A stretch of 64,000 bases of DNA from Eledone cirrhosa (GCA_964016885.1 OZ024750.1:6076001-6140000); one strand, 5' to 3'. Shown: positions 1-11,772, numbered from the stretch's first letter. The notes: generated from the sequence alone by a model not told the origin. Numbers and translations are program-made.

Positions 1-47
1 TTTCTAAAAAATAAATCATACACAAAACGCCAGCACCAACAGTTTTG

Positions 48-259
48 CAAGAGATGTCAACATGAATGGACCTGTTATTTTTATCTAAAGAAATGTTCTC
101 CAATTCCAACCCGCCCGACCCCTCAATCTATCTTATTTCTCATTCTTTCTTCTGATGAAAGACTAGCGTCCAAAACGTTAAGACCCTCTTCCTGCTATAT
201 CAAGCGTTAACCTAATATATTCCTTCCATATACTGTACCGATTGTGTTTACCTTTTACA
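48..259 (+). mobile_element. Family A short element (PLE pLTR/retrozyme-like) with minimal hammerhead motif, ending in (TA)n
   Basis: Near-identical ~210 bp copies at 3717-3935, 35257-35478 and 51722-51826(-), plus a 3' fragment at 44865-44918. Contains TCTT-CTGATGA-A-aGACtagcGTCC-aAAACGTT-AAGA at 148-183. Confidence 0.75.
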
Positions 260-420
260 TATATATATATATATATGAGAGGTCTATAGCTCATACATTC
301 ACGTTCATATGGATCTCGAATGTTTGAATGTTTGAGCTAAAACTTCTCACTGCATAAATATGTCTGAAATTATTAGTGCTTATATTAATACATGCAAAAT
401 GTGTGCTATTTTAAGAAGAA

Positions 421-1050
421 GAAATGGGAAGGTGTTTTGTCCATGCATTTTCCAATGTCATTATATATATCTACATATAGGGAACTGTCTCCAACTGTGA
501 GTGGAAGTCAAGAACTTTCAGCATAACATGACTAATGATGTAAAAAAAAAACCCAACAAAACAGAAAAAAATACAAAAAAATATAATCACTCCCCCACCC
601 AGCCAAATAATAATAAATAAATAAATAAAATCGAAAAGAAATACATAATAATAAAATATGTTCTAGAAATGGGAAGGTGTTTTGTCCATGCATTTTCCAA
701 TGTCTGGCAGTATCGGTTGAGGATCGGGCGCCATGCTTTGCAGCATAGAGTTACGGCCCTTTATAGTCTGAGTTCAAATCCCGCCGAGGTTAACTTTGCC
801 TTTCATCCTTACGGGGTCGATGAAATAAAGTACCAGTAATACACTGGATTAATTGCTGGCCTTGTGCCAAAAGTAGAAATAATTATATATATCTACATAT
901 AGTGAACTGTCTCCAACTGAGTGGAAATCAAGAACTGATGTAATAACAAAAAAAGGCTAAAAAAAATACAAAAATTACAATTATGCCCCCCCTCCCTCGC
1001 AAATAATAAATAAATAAATAAATAAATAAAAATAAAAAGAAATTATATAA
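421..1050. repeat. Local tandem duplication (~245 bp unit); second copy interrupted by a SINE
   Basis: GAAATGGGAAGGTGTTTTGTCCATGCATTTTCCAATGTC at 421 and 666. The downstream ATTATATATATCTACATATAG..GAACTGTCTCCAACTG resumes at ~882 after the SINE. Confidence 0.85.
705..885 (+). mobile_element. tRNA-derived SINE, main family (short variant)
   Basis: A box TGGCAGTATCGG, B box GAGTTCAAATCC, core GCCTTTCATCCTTACGGGGTCGATAAAATAAAGTACCAG, tail GGCCTTGTGCCAAAAGTAGAAA; ~20 copies in window. Confidence 0.9.
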
Positions 1051-1051
1051 T

Positions 1052-1228
1052 AATTTTTTCTACTTTTGGCACAAGGCCAGCAATTAACCCAGTGCATTAC
1101 TGGTACTTTATTTTATCGACGCCGTAGGGATGAAAGGCAAAGTTAACCTCGTCTGGATTTGAACTCAGAATGGAAAGGGCCGTAACTCAATGCGTCAAAG
1201 CAAGGCGTCCGACCCTCTACCGATACTG
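1052..1228 (-). mobile_element. tRNA-derived SINE, main family (short variant)
   Basis: Reverse complement of the 705-885 element. Confidence 0.9.
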
Positions 1229-1231
1229 ATG

Positions 1232-1440
1232 ATTTCTTAGATAGACACAAGGCCAGCAATTTTGGGGGAGGGGAAAGTCGATTAAATCGACCCCAGTGCA
1301 TGACTGGTACTTTATTTTATCGACCCCGTAAGGATGAAAGGCAAAGTTAACCTCGGCGGGATTTGAACTCAGAATGGAAAGGGGCGTAACTCTGTGCTTC
1401 AAAGCATGGCGTCCGACCCTCTACCAACACTGCCAATCAA
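1232..1440 (-). mobile_element. tRNA-derived SINE, main family (long variant)
   Basis: Same head and core plus the extra GGGGGAGGGGAAAGTCGATTAAATCGACCCC segment. Confidence 0.9.
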
Positions 1441-1502
1441 CAACATAATAATTGAGAATTGGTAAATCCTCCCATGCAGTATGAAAAGGTTCGCACCCAA
1501 TA

Positions 1503-1616
1503 GTACTGCTACTACTACTACTGCTACTACTACTGCTACTACTACTGCTACTACTACTGCTACTGCTACTGCTACTACTGCTACTACTACTGCTACTGCT
1601 ACTGCTACTACTACTG

Positions 1617-1651
<35 letters not shown>

Positions 1652-2057
1652 GCTACTACTACTGCTACTGCTACTACTGCTACTACTACTACTGCTACTA
1701 CTACTGCTACTACTACTGCTACTACTGCTACTACTGCTACTACTACTGCTACTGCTACTACTGCTACTACTACTGCTACTACTACTGCTACTACTACTGC
1801 TACTACTACTGCTACTGCTACTACTGCTACTACTACTGCTACTACTACTGCTACTGCTACTACTGCTACTACTGCTACTACTGCTACTACTGCTACTACT
1901 GCTACTACTGCTACTACTGCTACTACTACTGCTGCTACTACTACTACTGCTACTACTACTGCTACTGCTACTGCTACTACTACTGCTGCTGCTACTACTA
2001 CTACTACTGCTACTACTACTACTACTACTGCTACTACTACTACAACTACTGCTACTT

Positions 2058-2097
<40 letters not shown>

Positions 2098-2103
2098 CAC
2101 TAC
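1503..2103. repeat. Compound (ACT/GCT)n trinucleotide microsatellite
   Basis: ~600 bp of ACT with interspersed GCT; source of the poly-Thr/Ala and poly-Val ORFs. Confidence 0.95.
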
Positions 2104-3189
2104 TCTGCAGCTGTCGTCAGATATATTTGGTCTCCTGGAGACATTAATTTTTAGAGAGGTATGATAGGAGAGGTGGTGGGGCAAAGAAGGGGGTGGTGAG
2201 CTAAAAAGGGGGGCTGGTGATGGTGGGAGGGAGAGGGGTATAAAGGGGTGGAGGGGTGGGGTGAACACAAGGGGGGGAGGGGGGGGGGGGCATTGGCAAA
2301 GAAATCTGAATATCTCGTTATACTACTTTCTTGTACTTCAGACGACCCGAGTCAAAATGTTTATCTCTTTTCTTCTTCTTCTTCTTCTTCTTCTCCCCCC
2401 CTTCTTATTATTATATTTATGCATCAGCATGGGCAAGTGTAACTATGAGAGTGTAAACACATGTATGTGTGAGCGTGTATGTGTGTGTGTGTGAATGTGT
2501 GTGTATGTGTGTGTGTGTGTGTGCGCGTGCGTGTATGTGTGTGTATGTGTCTGTGTGTGTGGGTGTATGTGTTTGTGTGTATGTGTGTGTGTATGTGTGT
2601 ATGTATGTTTAATTTAAATGTTTTTCTATTATACATTGCGCCATTTTCCTCTTTGTGCTATTTATGTTTTGGCTTTCAATTCAAGTAACTTTCATCTATT
2701 TTCTTTATTTAATTTTCTTTTCTTGTTTCATCCATGTTGTCTACACTCGCTCCCTTCTCTCTCTTCCCCTCTTTCTCTCAGAAACTACATGTAAATGTGG
2801 CATGTATTAGGGTTGGTGAGTGTAATACGCCTTATTCTTTGGAAATCATGATTTTAAAGACAGCCGACACGTTCATAAGTCTATACAACAAAATCTTGAA
2901 TGTATCTGAACCAGAATTATATCCATACAACACTCAAATATGAAATGTTTCTTCATATATTTTAGTCTCAAGAACAAAGACAATTTCAAAAGAATAACAT
3001 CATATAATTTCATCCTCGTATACAAATAAATATTATTTGAAATTGAAGTAGTTTTAAAGGATTATTGCTGACATGATCGCTAATCCATAAAGGGCGAGGG
3101 AAGACATTATGTAATGTTAATACACCTATCAAAGGCATTTATTAACAGAAAAACATTCTAAAATTAGGGTTGGATGAGTCTATAATGTA

Positions 3190-3276
<87 letters not shown>

Positions 3277-3458
3277 TATAGAGTAAAGCATGTCCAGAGA
3301 ATTATTTGATAATATATAGACATCATCTCTACTCCCAATCAGCATAATTCACCACACAAAAAATCAATAAGACCAGGCTATAAGAATAAAAGGCATCTAT
3401 GAAGAAAGAGTAAATAAATACGCTATCGTGGCGTCTTCGCGTGCAACCGCTATACAAT

Positions 3459-3703
3459 ATTTACCCAACATTTCAACAGCACATGGAAATTAATTAAATA
3501 CGGTCAACCATACATAATTAGGTAAAAATTAATGTTAGAAATGCTTATATACATACCAGGATTAAATCACTAAATCCCGTGTGATTTAATCCTGCTATGT
3601 ATATAAGCATTTCTAACATTAATTTTTACCTAATTATGGATGATTGACCGTATTTAATTAATTTCCACGTGCTGTTGAAATGTTGGGTAAATGTTGGGTA
3701 AAT
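3459..3703. repeat. Fold-back palindrome, 112 bp arms, 10 nt loop
   Basis: Arms 3459-3570 and 3581-3692 with ~4 mismatches; terminal 11 bp duplication GTTGGGTAAAT, then (TA)n. Confidence 0.92.
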
Positions 3704-3716
3704 ATATATATATATG

Positions 3717-3929
3717 CAAGACATGTCAACATGAATGGACCTGTTATTTTTATCCAAAGACTTTTTTCGAATCCAACCCCCCTCCCCTCATTCTATATTA
3801 TTTCTCATTCTTTCTTCTGGTGTAGGACTAGCGTCCGAAACGTTAAGAACCTCTTCCTGCTATATCAAGCGTTAACCTAATATATCCCTTCCATATACTG
3901 TACCAATTGTGTTGTTATTTCTGTTTACC

Positions 3930-3935
<6 letters not shown>
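3717..3935 (+). mobile_element. Family A element (HHR core mutated to CTGGTGT)
   Basis: Aligns with 48-259; GGACtagcGTCC-GAAACGTT-AAGA intact at 3825-3848. Confidence 0.75.
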
Positions 3936-3993
<58 letters not shown>

Positions 3994-4263
3994 TGAAACT
4001 GATAATAATATCATTCGTACAGCCTCTTGGTTTTTCTGTTTTTTGTTCTCTGTTTACTTTTTAAAAAACTATATATATATATGTATAGAGAATTTAGTAT
4101 ATCTACCAACATATGCGTACAGATGTACACTAATGCTAGCAAATACATAAGTTATGTCATAGTACCTAGGTGGTTCAATGCAGGAGGATGCAGAACAATA
4201 ATATAAAAGACGTAAAATAAGAAAATTAAAAAAAAAATTAAAAATTAACTTACTAAAATTTTC

Positions 4264-4345
4264 ACTCCAACTAATTAGTTTCTGTAATGGGATAAAGATA
4301 GTTACGTAATATAACCATCGAGAATTCATTACGTCATCAGGGAGT
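4264..4345 (-). ncRNA. Type I hammerhead ribozyme motif, apparently complete
   Basis: Minus strand reads ACTCC-CTGATGA-c-GTAATG-(37 nt)-CATTAC-a-GAAA-CTAATTAG-TT-GGAGT: 5 bp stem I, 6 bp stem II, palindromic stem III ACTAATTAGT, GUU cleavage triplet. Confidence 0.7.
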
Positions 4346-4713
4346 CTATTCTCAGCTAAGTCTCCAGGCAATGCGCGGACACTGGGGACTCATATAAAAA
4401 TAATAATAATTCGGTGGATGGAACAGCTAGCGGGGACTGGATTCCATGCACTGAAAAAGTTCGCTGTCTCTGGTCAAATGGCAGATTCTAAAGCATCAAT
4501 CACGTGACACTGAGGCTAGTCGGAAGGAGTGGGTTGGTAAGATGACAAAAGCCTACCACCACACCAATGAATTAGTAGTGGATTTGGCAGGTTTGCTCAA
4601 CAAATAAATAATTTGGAGATAAATATAGAGAATTTAGTATATCTACCAACATATGCGTACTTTAGTAAGTAAGTTAATTTTTAATGTTTTTTAAAATTTT
4701 CTTATTTTACGTC

Positions 4714-4782
<69 letters not shown>

Positions 4783-5007
4783 TGTGTATGTATGTATGTG
4801 TGTGTGTTCTTTTATGGTACAGATTAATCATTGGATAATATAGAAACCCCATCCCCACGTTATGCCTGAAAGTAAATTAACTGGATCCTTTATGGAAATA
4901 TGATCTCTGAAACAGAGCTGGAATTTGAACAACATGGGTAAAGATTCAATGAGGGTTCAATTCTAGACTCAACCCAACCTGTAAACATCGAAAACAAGTC
5001 ATTGGTA

Positions 5008-5012
5008 ATGGC

Positions 5013-5064
<52 letters not shown>

Positions 5065-5225
5065 TGTTTCTACTTTTGGCACAAGGCCAGCAATTACCCA
5101 GTGCATTATTGGTACTTGGGTAATTGCTGGCCTTGTGCCAAAAGTAGAAACAATTATTATTATTATTATTAAAAGTACCAGTAATGCACTGGGTATTTGC
5201 TGGCCTTGTGCCTAAAGTAGAAACA

Positions 5226-5271
<46 letters not shown>

Positions 5272-5276
5272 GCCAT
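5008..5276. repeat. Fold-back of SINE 3' tails within (AAT)n/(ATT)n
   Basis: SINE tail (-) at 5062-5117, (+) at 5117-5155 and (+) at 5172-5228; flanks ATGGCATATA and TATATGCCAT are inverted. Confidence 0.85.
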
Positions 5277-5294
5277 AATAATAATAATAATGAT

Positions 5295-5645
5295 TTCTTT
5301 ATTGGCCACCATGGCTGACATCAAGAAAAACATTACAGACGGTACAGGACGGTACAGGACGGTACAGGACGGTACAGGACGGTACAGGACAGTACAGGAC
5401 GGTACAGGACGGCACAGGACGGTACAGGACGGTACAGGACGGTACAGGACGGTACGATGTGGGTTTTGTGCGTGTAAAGATTTTTATTATTTATATAGAA
5501 AAGAAAAAAAAGACATAGAATGAAATTATTGTGTACAGTGCTCAGGTGCACTACAACTCATCAAATGTGCGTGTATAGTACATAGAATAATATACAAATG
5601 TCAGGGACGTGAATAGTGTATGAGTCATGATATACCTGTGTTAGA
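5295..5645 (-). mobile_element. Probable LINE 3' UTR fragment containing a 10 bp tandem repeat
   Basis: Minus strand ends GTGGCCAATAAAGAAA, the same terminus type as the 24341 element; (GGTACAGGAC)~12 at 5341-5455. Confidence 0.5.
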
Positions 5646-5847
5646 CAATGTGAAATAATCTCTGATATATAAGAAAACAAATATGGTCCGGATACGGTAG
5701 GAAGGTATTTTAACTGTAGATTTGCTACCCTAGGTTTAACCTTGGGTTAATCTGCCACAACATCAATATCATCCCGTACCACAACAAGAGCAACAGCAAT
5801 AATGAAGCCAGCAAAGGAGTACAAATACTGTATTATAAACAAACAAA

Positions 5848-6040
5848 GGGCGGTGGATTAGCAGTATCGGTAGAGCGCCAGACACCATGCTTTGCAGCAA
5901 AGAGTTATGGCTCTTTACGTTCTGAGTTCAACTCCCACCGAGGTTAACTTTGCCTTTCATCCTTACGGGGTCGATAAAATAAAGTACCAGTTATGCACTG
6001 AGGTAATTGCTAGCCTTGTGCCAAAAGTAGAATCAATTAT
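5848..6040 (+). mobile_element. tRNA-derived SINE, full length
   Basis: GGGCGGTGGATT head to AGTAGAA tail; imperfect TSD ATTATAAAYAAASAAA. Confidence 0.9.
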
Positions 6041-6549
6041 AAATAAAGAAACAACCTAAATTAGAAACTCTGTTTCCGAATATAAAACCCTTTCTATACG
6101 ACTATATATAACTAGTAAAAGTAATTGATGTATACATTTACGTTCTGATGGCATTAAAAACCACGTGACATAGTAACTCCAGGCTGCTCTTAGTGTAATT
6201 ACCAGCATTATCGGTAAGCCATATACATCTTATATTAATATTAGTTATATTAAAAACAGATGTCTGCGTAAACAAATTAGACATTTTATCTCTCAGAAAA
6301 GCATTTTCGTTTTTCAAAAATTGACCGCAATGACAAACAGCAAATTATACCCAATAGACTGTGATATATGCACCGAGTCAATATGTCCTCATAAATATAT
6401 TTAAAATATCAGTCAATATTTTTACATCATAGAGCCGATTTCAATTTGGCCAATTTTACTTTCTCTCTTCTTTCATCGTTAAAATAATGTACTTATCAAG
6501 TACTGAGATTGATTTGTTAAAGTGTATGTCTACTGAAACCATTACTATA

Positions 6550-6768
6550 ATGGTTTCTTATATAGCCACAAGGCCAGCAATTTTGGGGAGGGGGAAGTTG
6601 ATTAAATCGACCTCAGTGAGTGACTGGTTCTATATTTTATCGACCCCATAAGTATGAAAGGCAAAGTTAACCTCGGCGGGATTTGAACTCAGATCATAAA
6701 GGACCGTAACTCTATGCTGCAAGGGCACGGCGTCCGATCTCTACCGATACTGCCAATCCACCGCCCTT
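6550..6768 (-). mobile_element. tRNA-derived SINE, full length (long variant)
   Basis: TSD TGAAACCMTTACTATAAT at 6534 and 6768. Confidence 0.9.
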
Positions 6769-7949
6769 GAAACCCTTACTATAATACAAAGAAGTTACTA
6801 AAATACTCCATTAACTAAACGTTTAAATGTGATTCTCTATCAAATAACTAGAAAAACATTTCAAATCATTTTATTATTTTCTACGTTCGTTTCAATTTTA
6901 ACGAAATGCAATATATATAGGAGCGCAATATATGAAGGACTTCACAAGATGTATTGATATATAACTCAAATGAAAACATCAAAAGAGAGGAAAAGGAAGG
7001 AAAAGGTCAAGGATTGTGAAGCAACGAAAGAAATGAGGTGGCGATGACAGACTACATTTAAGTCAGACTGCTGTTCCGACTGCAACCCGCGGACGAAATG
7101 GTAAAGGCATTATCGTGGACAATGGCTAGTGATAGCCATACCACCTCGTGGGACTCCTTCCTTAAACAGGCTTCTTCATTCTTATCTTATGGATGATGTC
7201 AGCTGTACGAAGCCCGAGGACGCCTGAGGTCTCGACAGCTGACAGCGAATGATAATCAAGCTGTCATTCTCGTGTACAAAAGAAAAAGGTTTTATCACAA
7301 CAGTTTTATCACAACACTTGCACACACGTTAGTACCCAAATCATTCGGTCCAACGCCACCCAATATTCTACCAATTGTTCCACCGTTGTCAGGTGAGAGA
7401 ATTAAGAGATAGAATATATTGTTCAGAAAATCGTACAGAAGCAACGATTGAACTCATGAATCCTCTGTTTAGGAGGAATTACTACATTACATTCTAGACT
7501 AATTCAACATAGGCAGAATAGTAAACATAATAAAATACTTCATGATATCACTACATCACTATAAACACTTCATCACCATAGACATACTAATATACATTAT
7601 CGCAATTCCAAATATAAACCAAAATACCGAAATAAGATGAAAGTATTCTCTGTGGGAAAACAAACCTTGCCAATCCTACAAATTTGTGGCGGCGAAATAA
7701 TCCTTTAAAGTAAATATCTAATATGCAACATATTCAAAGTAAACTGAGATAGATTAATGAAAGAAATGGATCAAAATGGATACTGCAAACAACCAAGAGT
7801 GTATTTGTTGTTATATTAAAATCCATAGTTTCATCGCAGGCCACTACATCAGGATAATGATGGTGTTGAATGTCACAACGAACATGGTACAGTAACAAAT
7901 TATTAAATATATGCAAGATACCATATAAGGAGAATTGATATAGAACTAT

Positions 7950-7978
7950 ATATATATGTGCGTCCGTGTGTGGTGTGT

Positions 7979-8014
<36 letters not shown>

Positions 8015-8079
8015 GCATATATATATATAAATATACATATACATATATATATATACATATATAGACATATGTATATATA

Positions 8080-8143
<64 letters not shown>

Positions 8144-8599
8144 TACATATTTATACATATACATACACACACACATATGTATATATATAGATATATGTAT
8201 GTGTGTGTGTGTGTTTACGTATGCCACCAAAAAAGCAATTCTTTTATCTGTACGATAAATCAAACGAGTAGACAAATAAATACAACAAATATATATAACA
8301 AAAAAAAAACTATCTTTGATTTTTGTTAGGTGGGAAGATCTGAGACAAACCTAATTATCGATGATTTGTTCATTCAGATGTAAAAGTTTCTAATATGGAA
8401 AAGATTAAGGAGAGAAACTGAAATGTAGCAGGGAAGGAAGGAAGAATAATCAATGGAAAAGAGTTTTAATTCCTAAGTGTAGAGAGAACAGTTCCGGATC
8501 ATATTTACTGATGATATCAAAACTGGCTTTTATGCCTCTAAGACTTTTTATTGAAGAAAGGAAATCAATAACAGGGTTTACATTTGCATGTAGCTTTTC

Positions 8600-8679
<80 letters not shown>

Positions 8680-8708
8680 ATATATATATGTATATATATA
8701 TATATATT

Positions 8709-8764
<56 letters not shown>

Positions 8765-8771
8765 TGTGTAA

Positions 8772-8803
<32 letters not shown>

Positions 8804-8843
8804 GTATATATATATATATACATATGTATATATATATATATAC

Positions 8844-8925
<82 letters not shown>

Positions 8926-8960
8926 GTATATATATATACATATATATATATATTTACACA

Positions 8961-9044
<84 letters not shown>

Positions 9045-9260
9045 TCAGTAAACCAAATCTACTAACAAACACCAATGGAATATTTCTCATCACTTCTCTG
9101 TCTGCCTGTCTGTTTGTTCGTCAGTTTTCTCTATCAATACACATGTGTATGTTTAAACACACGCATACATAGATACATAGATACATACATACATACATAC
9201 ATACATACATACATACATACATACATACATACACACATATATATATACATACATACATAT
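7950..9260. repeat. Compound (TA)n/(GT)n/(CATA)n microsatellite clusters
   Basis: Tracts at ~7950-8220, 8605-9040 and 9165-9260; source of poly-IY ORFs. Confidence 0.9.
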
Positions 9261-9723
9261 ATGAATTGTTTATAAAACAAACAAGAGAAAGCCTTCTTAC
9301 TGAGTTCTTGATGCCTTCTGGCGTTTCTTATGAATGCTCCATCTATCAGGCTGACGTCATATGTCTATAAGGAAAATCATGTTTAATCCGAGTTGGCGCC
9401 GGAACTTTTTTTATGATTGGTTACAAGAGACCAAGAGCTGGTAATACACAAACGCTGGTAATACACAACTTAAACTTTCTCAGAAGAATGTACATACAAA
9501 AATATTTTAGGGGAGATAACTCCTAATTAACTTCAGATGCAAACATTTCACCTCAGACTTTTAGCTTGGTTATACAAATCAATCGATGTCTTGGGTAAAC
9601 ATGTAGCGTCGCTAGATTTAAGCAGGTAATATATTATTCAACATAGGTCGGTAATAAATTCCCAGGAGAGCTGGACAGCAGAAGATAATCACAGAAGAAC
9701 CCAACTTCATTATATTATATGTA

Positions 9724-9912
9724 GGGCGGTGGATTGGCAGTATCGGTAGAGGGTGGGACGCCATGCTTTCCAGCATAGTTACGTCCCTTTACGATCTGAG
9801 TTCAAATCCCGCCGAGGTTGACTTTGCCTTTCATCCTTACGGGGTCGATAAAATAAAGTACCAGTAATGCACTGGGTAATTGCTGGGCTTGTGCCTAAAG
9901 TAGAAACAATTA
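9724..9912 (+). mobile_element. tRNA-derived SINE, full length
   Basis: TSD ATTATATTATATGTAGG at 9709 and 9909. Confidence 0.92.
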
Positions 9913-9924
9913 TATTATATGTAG

Positions 9925-10280
9925 GTAGATGACCAGTTAGGGTATTGTAACTGGTAGATCTCGAAGTATCCTGAAGTAAGCACTCAACATCCTGAAGCAT
10001 CACATATTACATCTGGTGGTCCAGGCGGAGTATATGCAGTGAAGAATAAGTATGCAAAATGGGATTTTACAACAAAATATTCGGAAATTCTCCATTGTTT
10101 TAACGGGTTTGAGAACCAGGGCTGGATAGAAATAATGTTTGGAAAACCACCTGAAGAGTCTGGATTGATACTATAGTACCAACTAATTACATTGTCGTCA
10201 AACAGGTCGAAACATTTGTAATGGAAAATTACCAAATAAATTGTTGTAAAAACCTACTTAGTATACTTATTCTTCACTAT
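9925..10280 (+). mobile_element. pLTR-like element with HHR-like motif and an inverted copy of its 3' end
   Basis: CTGAAGA at 10151, GAAAC-ATTT-GTA at 10209-10220, AATAAA at 10235; 10038-10075 is an inverted copy of 10241-10278. Confidence 0.55.
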
Positions 10281-11310
10281 ATATTTTTTGTACATACTAC
10301 CCAATTTGTATCTCAATTCATTGCTAGCTGTAACCAATCAAAAGCAAGCTTATAATCGCGTGGTAGTCTCAGCTAAAGCTATTAACTCTTTTGTCTAAGC
10401 TGACTGAGAACTCAAGTTAAGACTTTCGTTTTCAGAGATTAATTCAGTTACAGCGTTAATTATATAACAAATAAATATATGATTGATGCAATTTGTCTGT
10501 TATTTAACCTCATTTCATGTTTAACATGTAGACTCATGTCATTATTCTAAATATTCACTTTCAACACAATGTATTCGACATGTATATCGAATGGTATGAA
10601 TATATAAACACATTCACATACTCACACAATGTTTCCATTGCTATTTCTATTGTTAATACTATCTGCTGGTCGCAACTCATGGCAATTGAAACAAAGTGAA
10701 ATAAAGTATTTTGTCCAAAGAGAAAACGTACCGTCTGATCCAAGTACTGAACCCCAAACCTTATAATCGCCAGAACAACACTATCTACCAGAAAACGAGT
10801 GTTGTAGAATAGCGACCCATTATTAATCCAGCCTTCGTTCAAAATACTTTCATAAAGCAAACAGTTTCTAGAAGTAAATATTTGAAAACATGAAAAGTTC
10901 TTTTAAATCAACATATAAAAAGATGACGTTAGAACTAGCGTACGAATTACTAAGTCTAAATAGACAAGCAGAGTAAATACATAAATCACATTTTGACCTT
11001 TTCTCTTGAAATTATAAAGCCCCCTTGATTTATTTCCTGTAGCTTCTTTTGATCATATATATCTCTGCTTGATGAGAACGTATATAAATATTTAAACCCC
11101 ATCCTCTATTCACTGCGGTATCGTTCTTACATTTTTACATATTTCATATTCTCTCTATTTTTTTTCGTACTCCGCTTTGATAAAGGGTTTAACGAAATCA
11201 TCAGTTCATTTCTTTTACGTCTTTTCCCCTAAAATAGTTTCACTCTAAATATATTTCTTATGATTTACTACATATTTTTGCAGCATCGTATTTTCTTTTT
11301 TTCCTTTTGC

Positions 11311-11341
<31 letters not shown>

Positions 11342-11353
11342 AGAGAGAGAGAG

Positions 11354-11538
11354 AGAAATGGCTTCTAGAAGACTAGACCTGTTTCATTCGGAAGAAATCA
11401 TCAGGAAAACCCTTTCCTGATAATCTCTTTCGAATGAAACAGTTCTAGTCCTGTAGAAGCCATTTCTATATCAAATATTTATACTCTGCTATGTATTGAG
11501 TACCTTACTTACTCTAGTTACCCTCGATTGAACCCTGA
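11354..11538 (+). mobile_element. Family B fold-back element with HHR-like core
   Basis: Arms 11354-11407 and 11414-11467; CTGATGA-T-TTCnnnnGAA-T-GAAAC; homologues at 46949 and 57164. Confidence 0.75.
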
Positions 11539-11552
11539 TATATATATATATA

Positions 11553-11658
11553 TAAAAATAACAGATAAATATTTGGTCTATGGTTCTTATATATTTGATA
11601 TATATTTATCCTTATCGAGCCCTCTTTGGATTTTAGTCTTCAAATTTATTATTATTGC
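11553..11658. mobile_element. Family D element, internally deleted
   Basis: End X (AAAATAACAGAT) and end Y (CTTATCGAGCCCTCTTTGGATTTTAGTCTTCAAATTTATT), flanked by (TA)n. Confidence 0.65.
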
Positions 11659-11706
11659 TATATATATATATATATATATACATATACATACATGTACATA
11701 CATAAA

Positions 11707-11772
<66 letters not shown>

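Noticed and set aside
705-790. tRNA gene suggested by A and B boxes
   Set aside because: No full cloverleaf; it is the head of a high-copy SINE.
1399-2268. 227 aa Thr/Ala-rich (mucin- or antifreeze-like) and 289 aa Val-rich ORFs
   Set aside because: Both come from a stop-free ACT/GCT trinucleotide repeat; no signal peptide, no codon variety, and the minus ORF runs into a SINE.
5341-5455. Regular repeat (GGTACAGGAC)n considered as CRISPR-like
   Set aside because: Head-to-tail 10-mer with no spacers; eukaryotic context and no cas genes.
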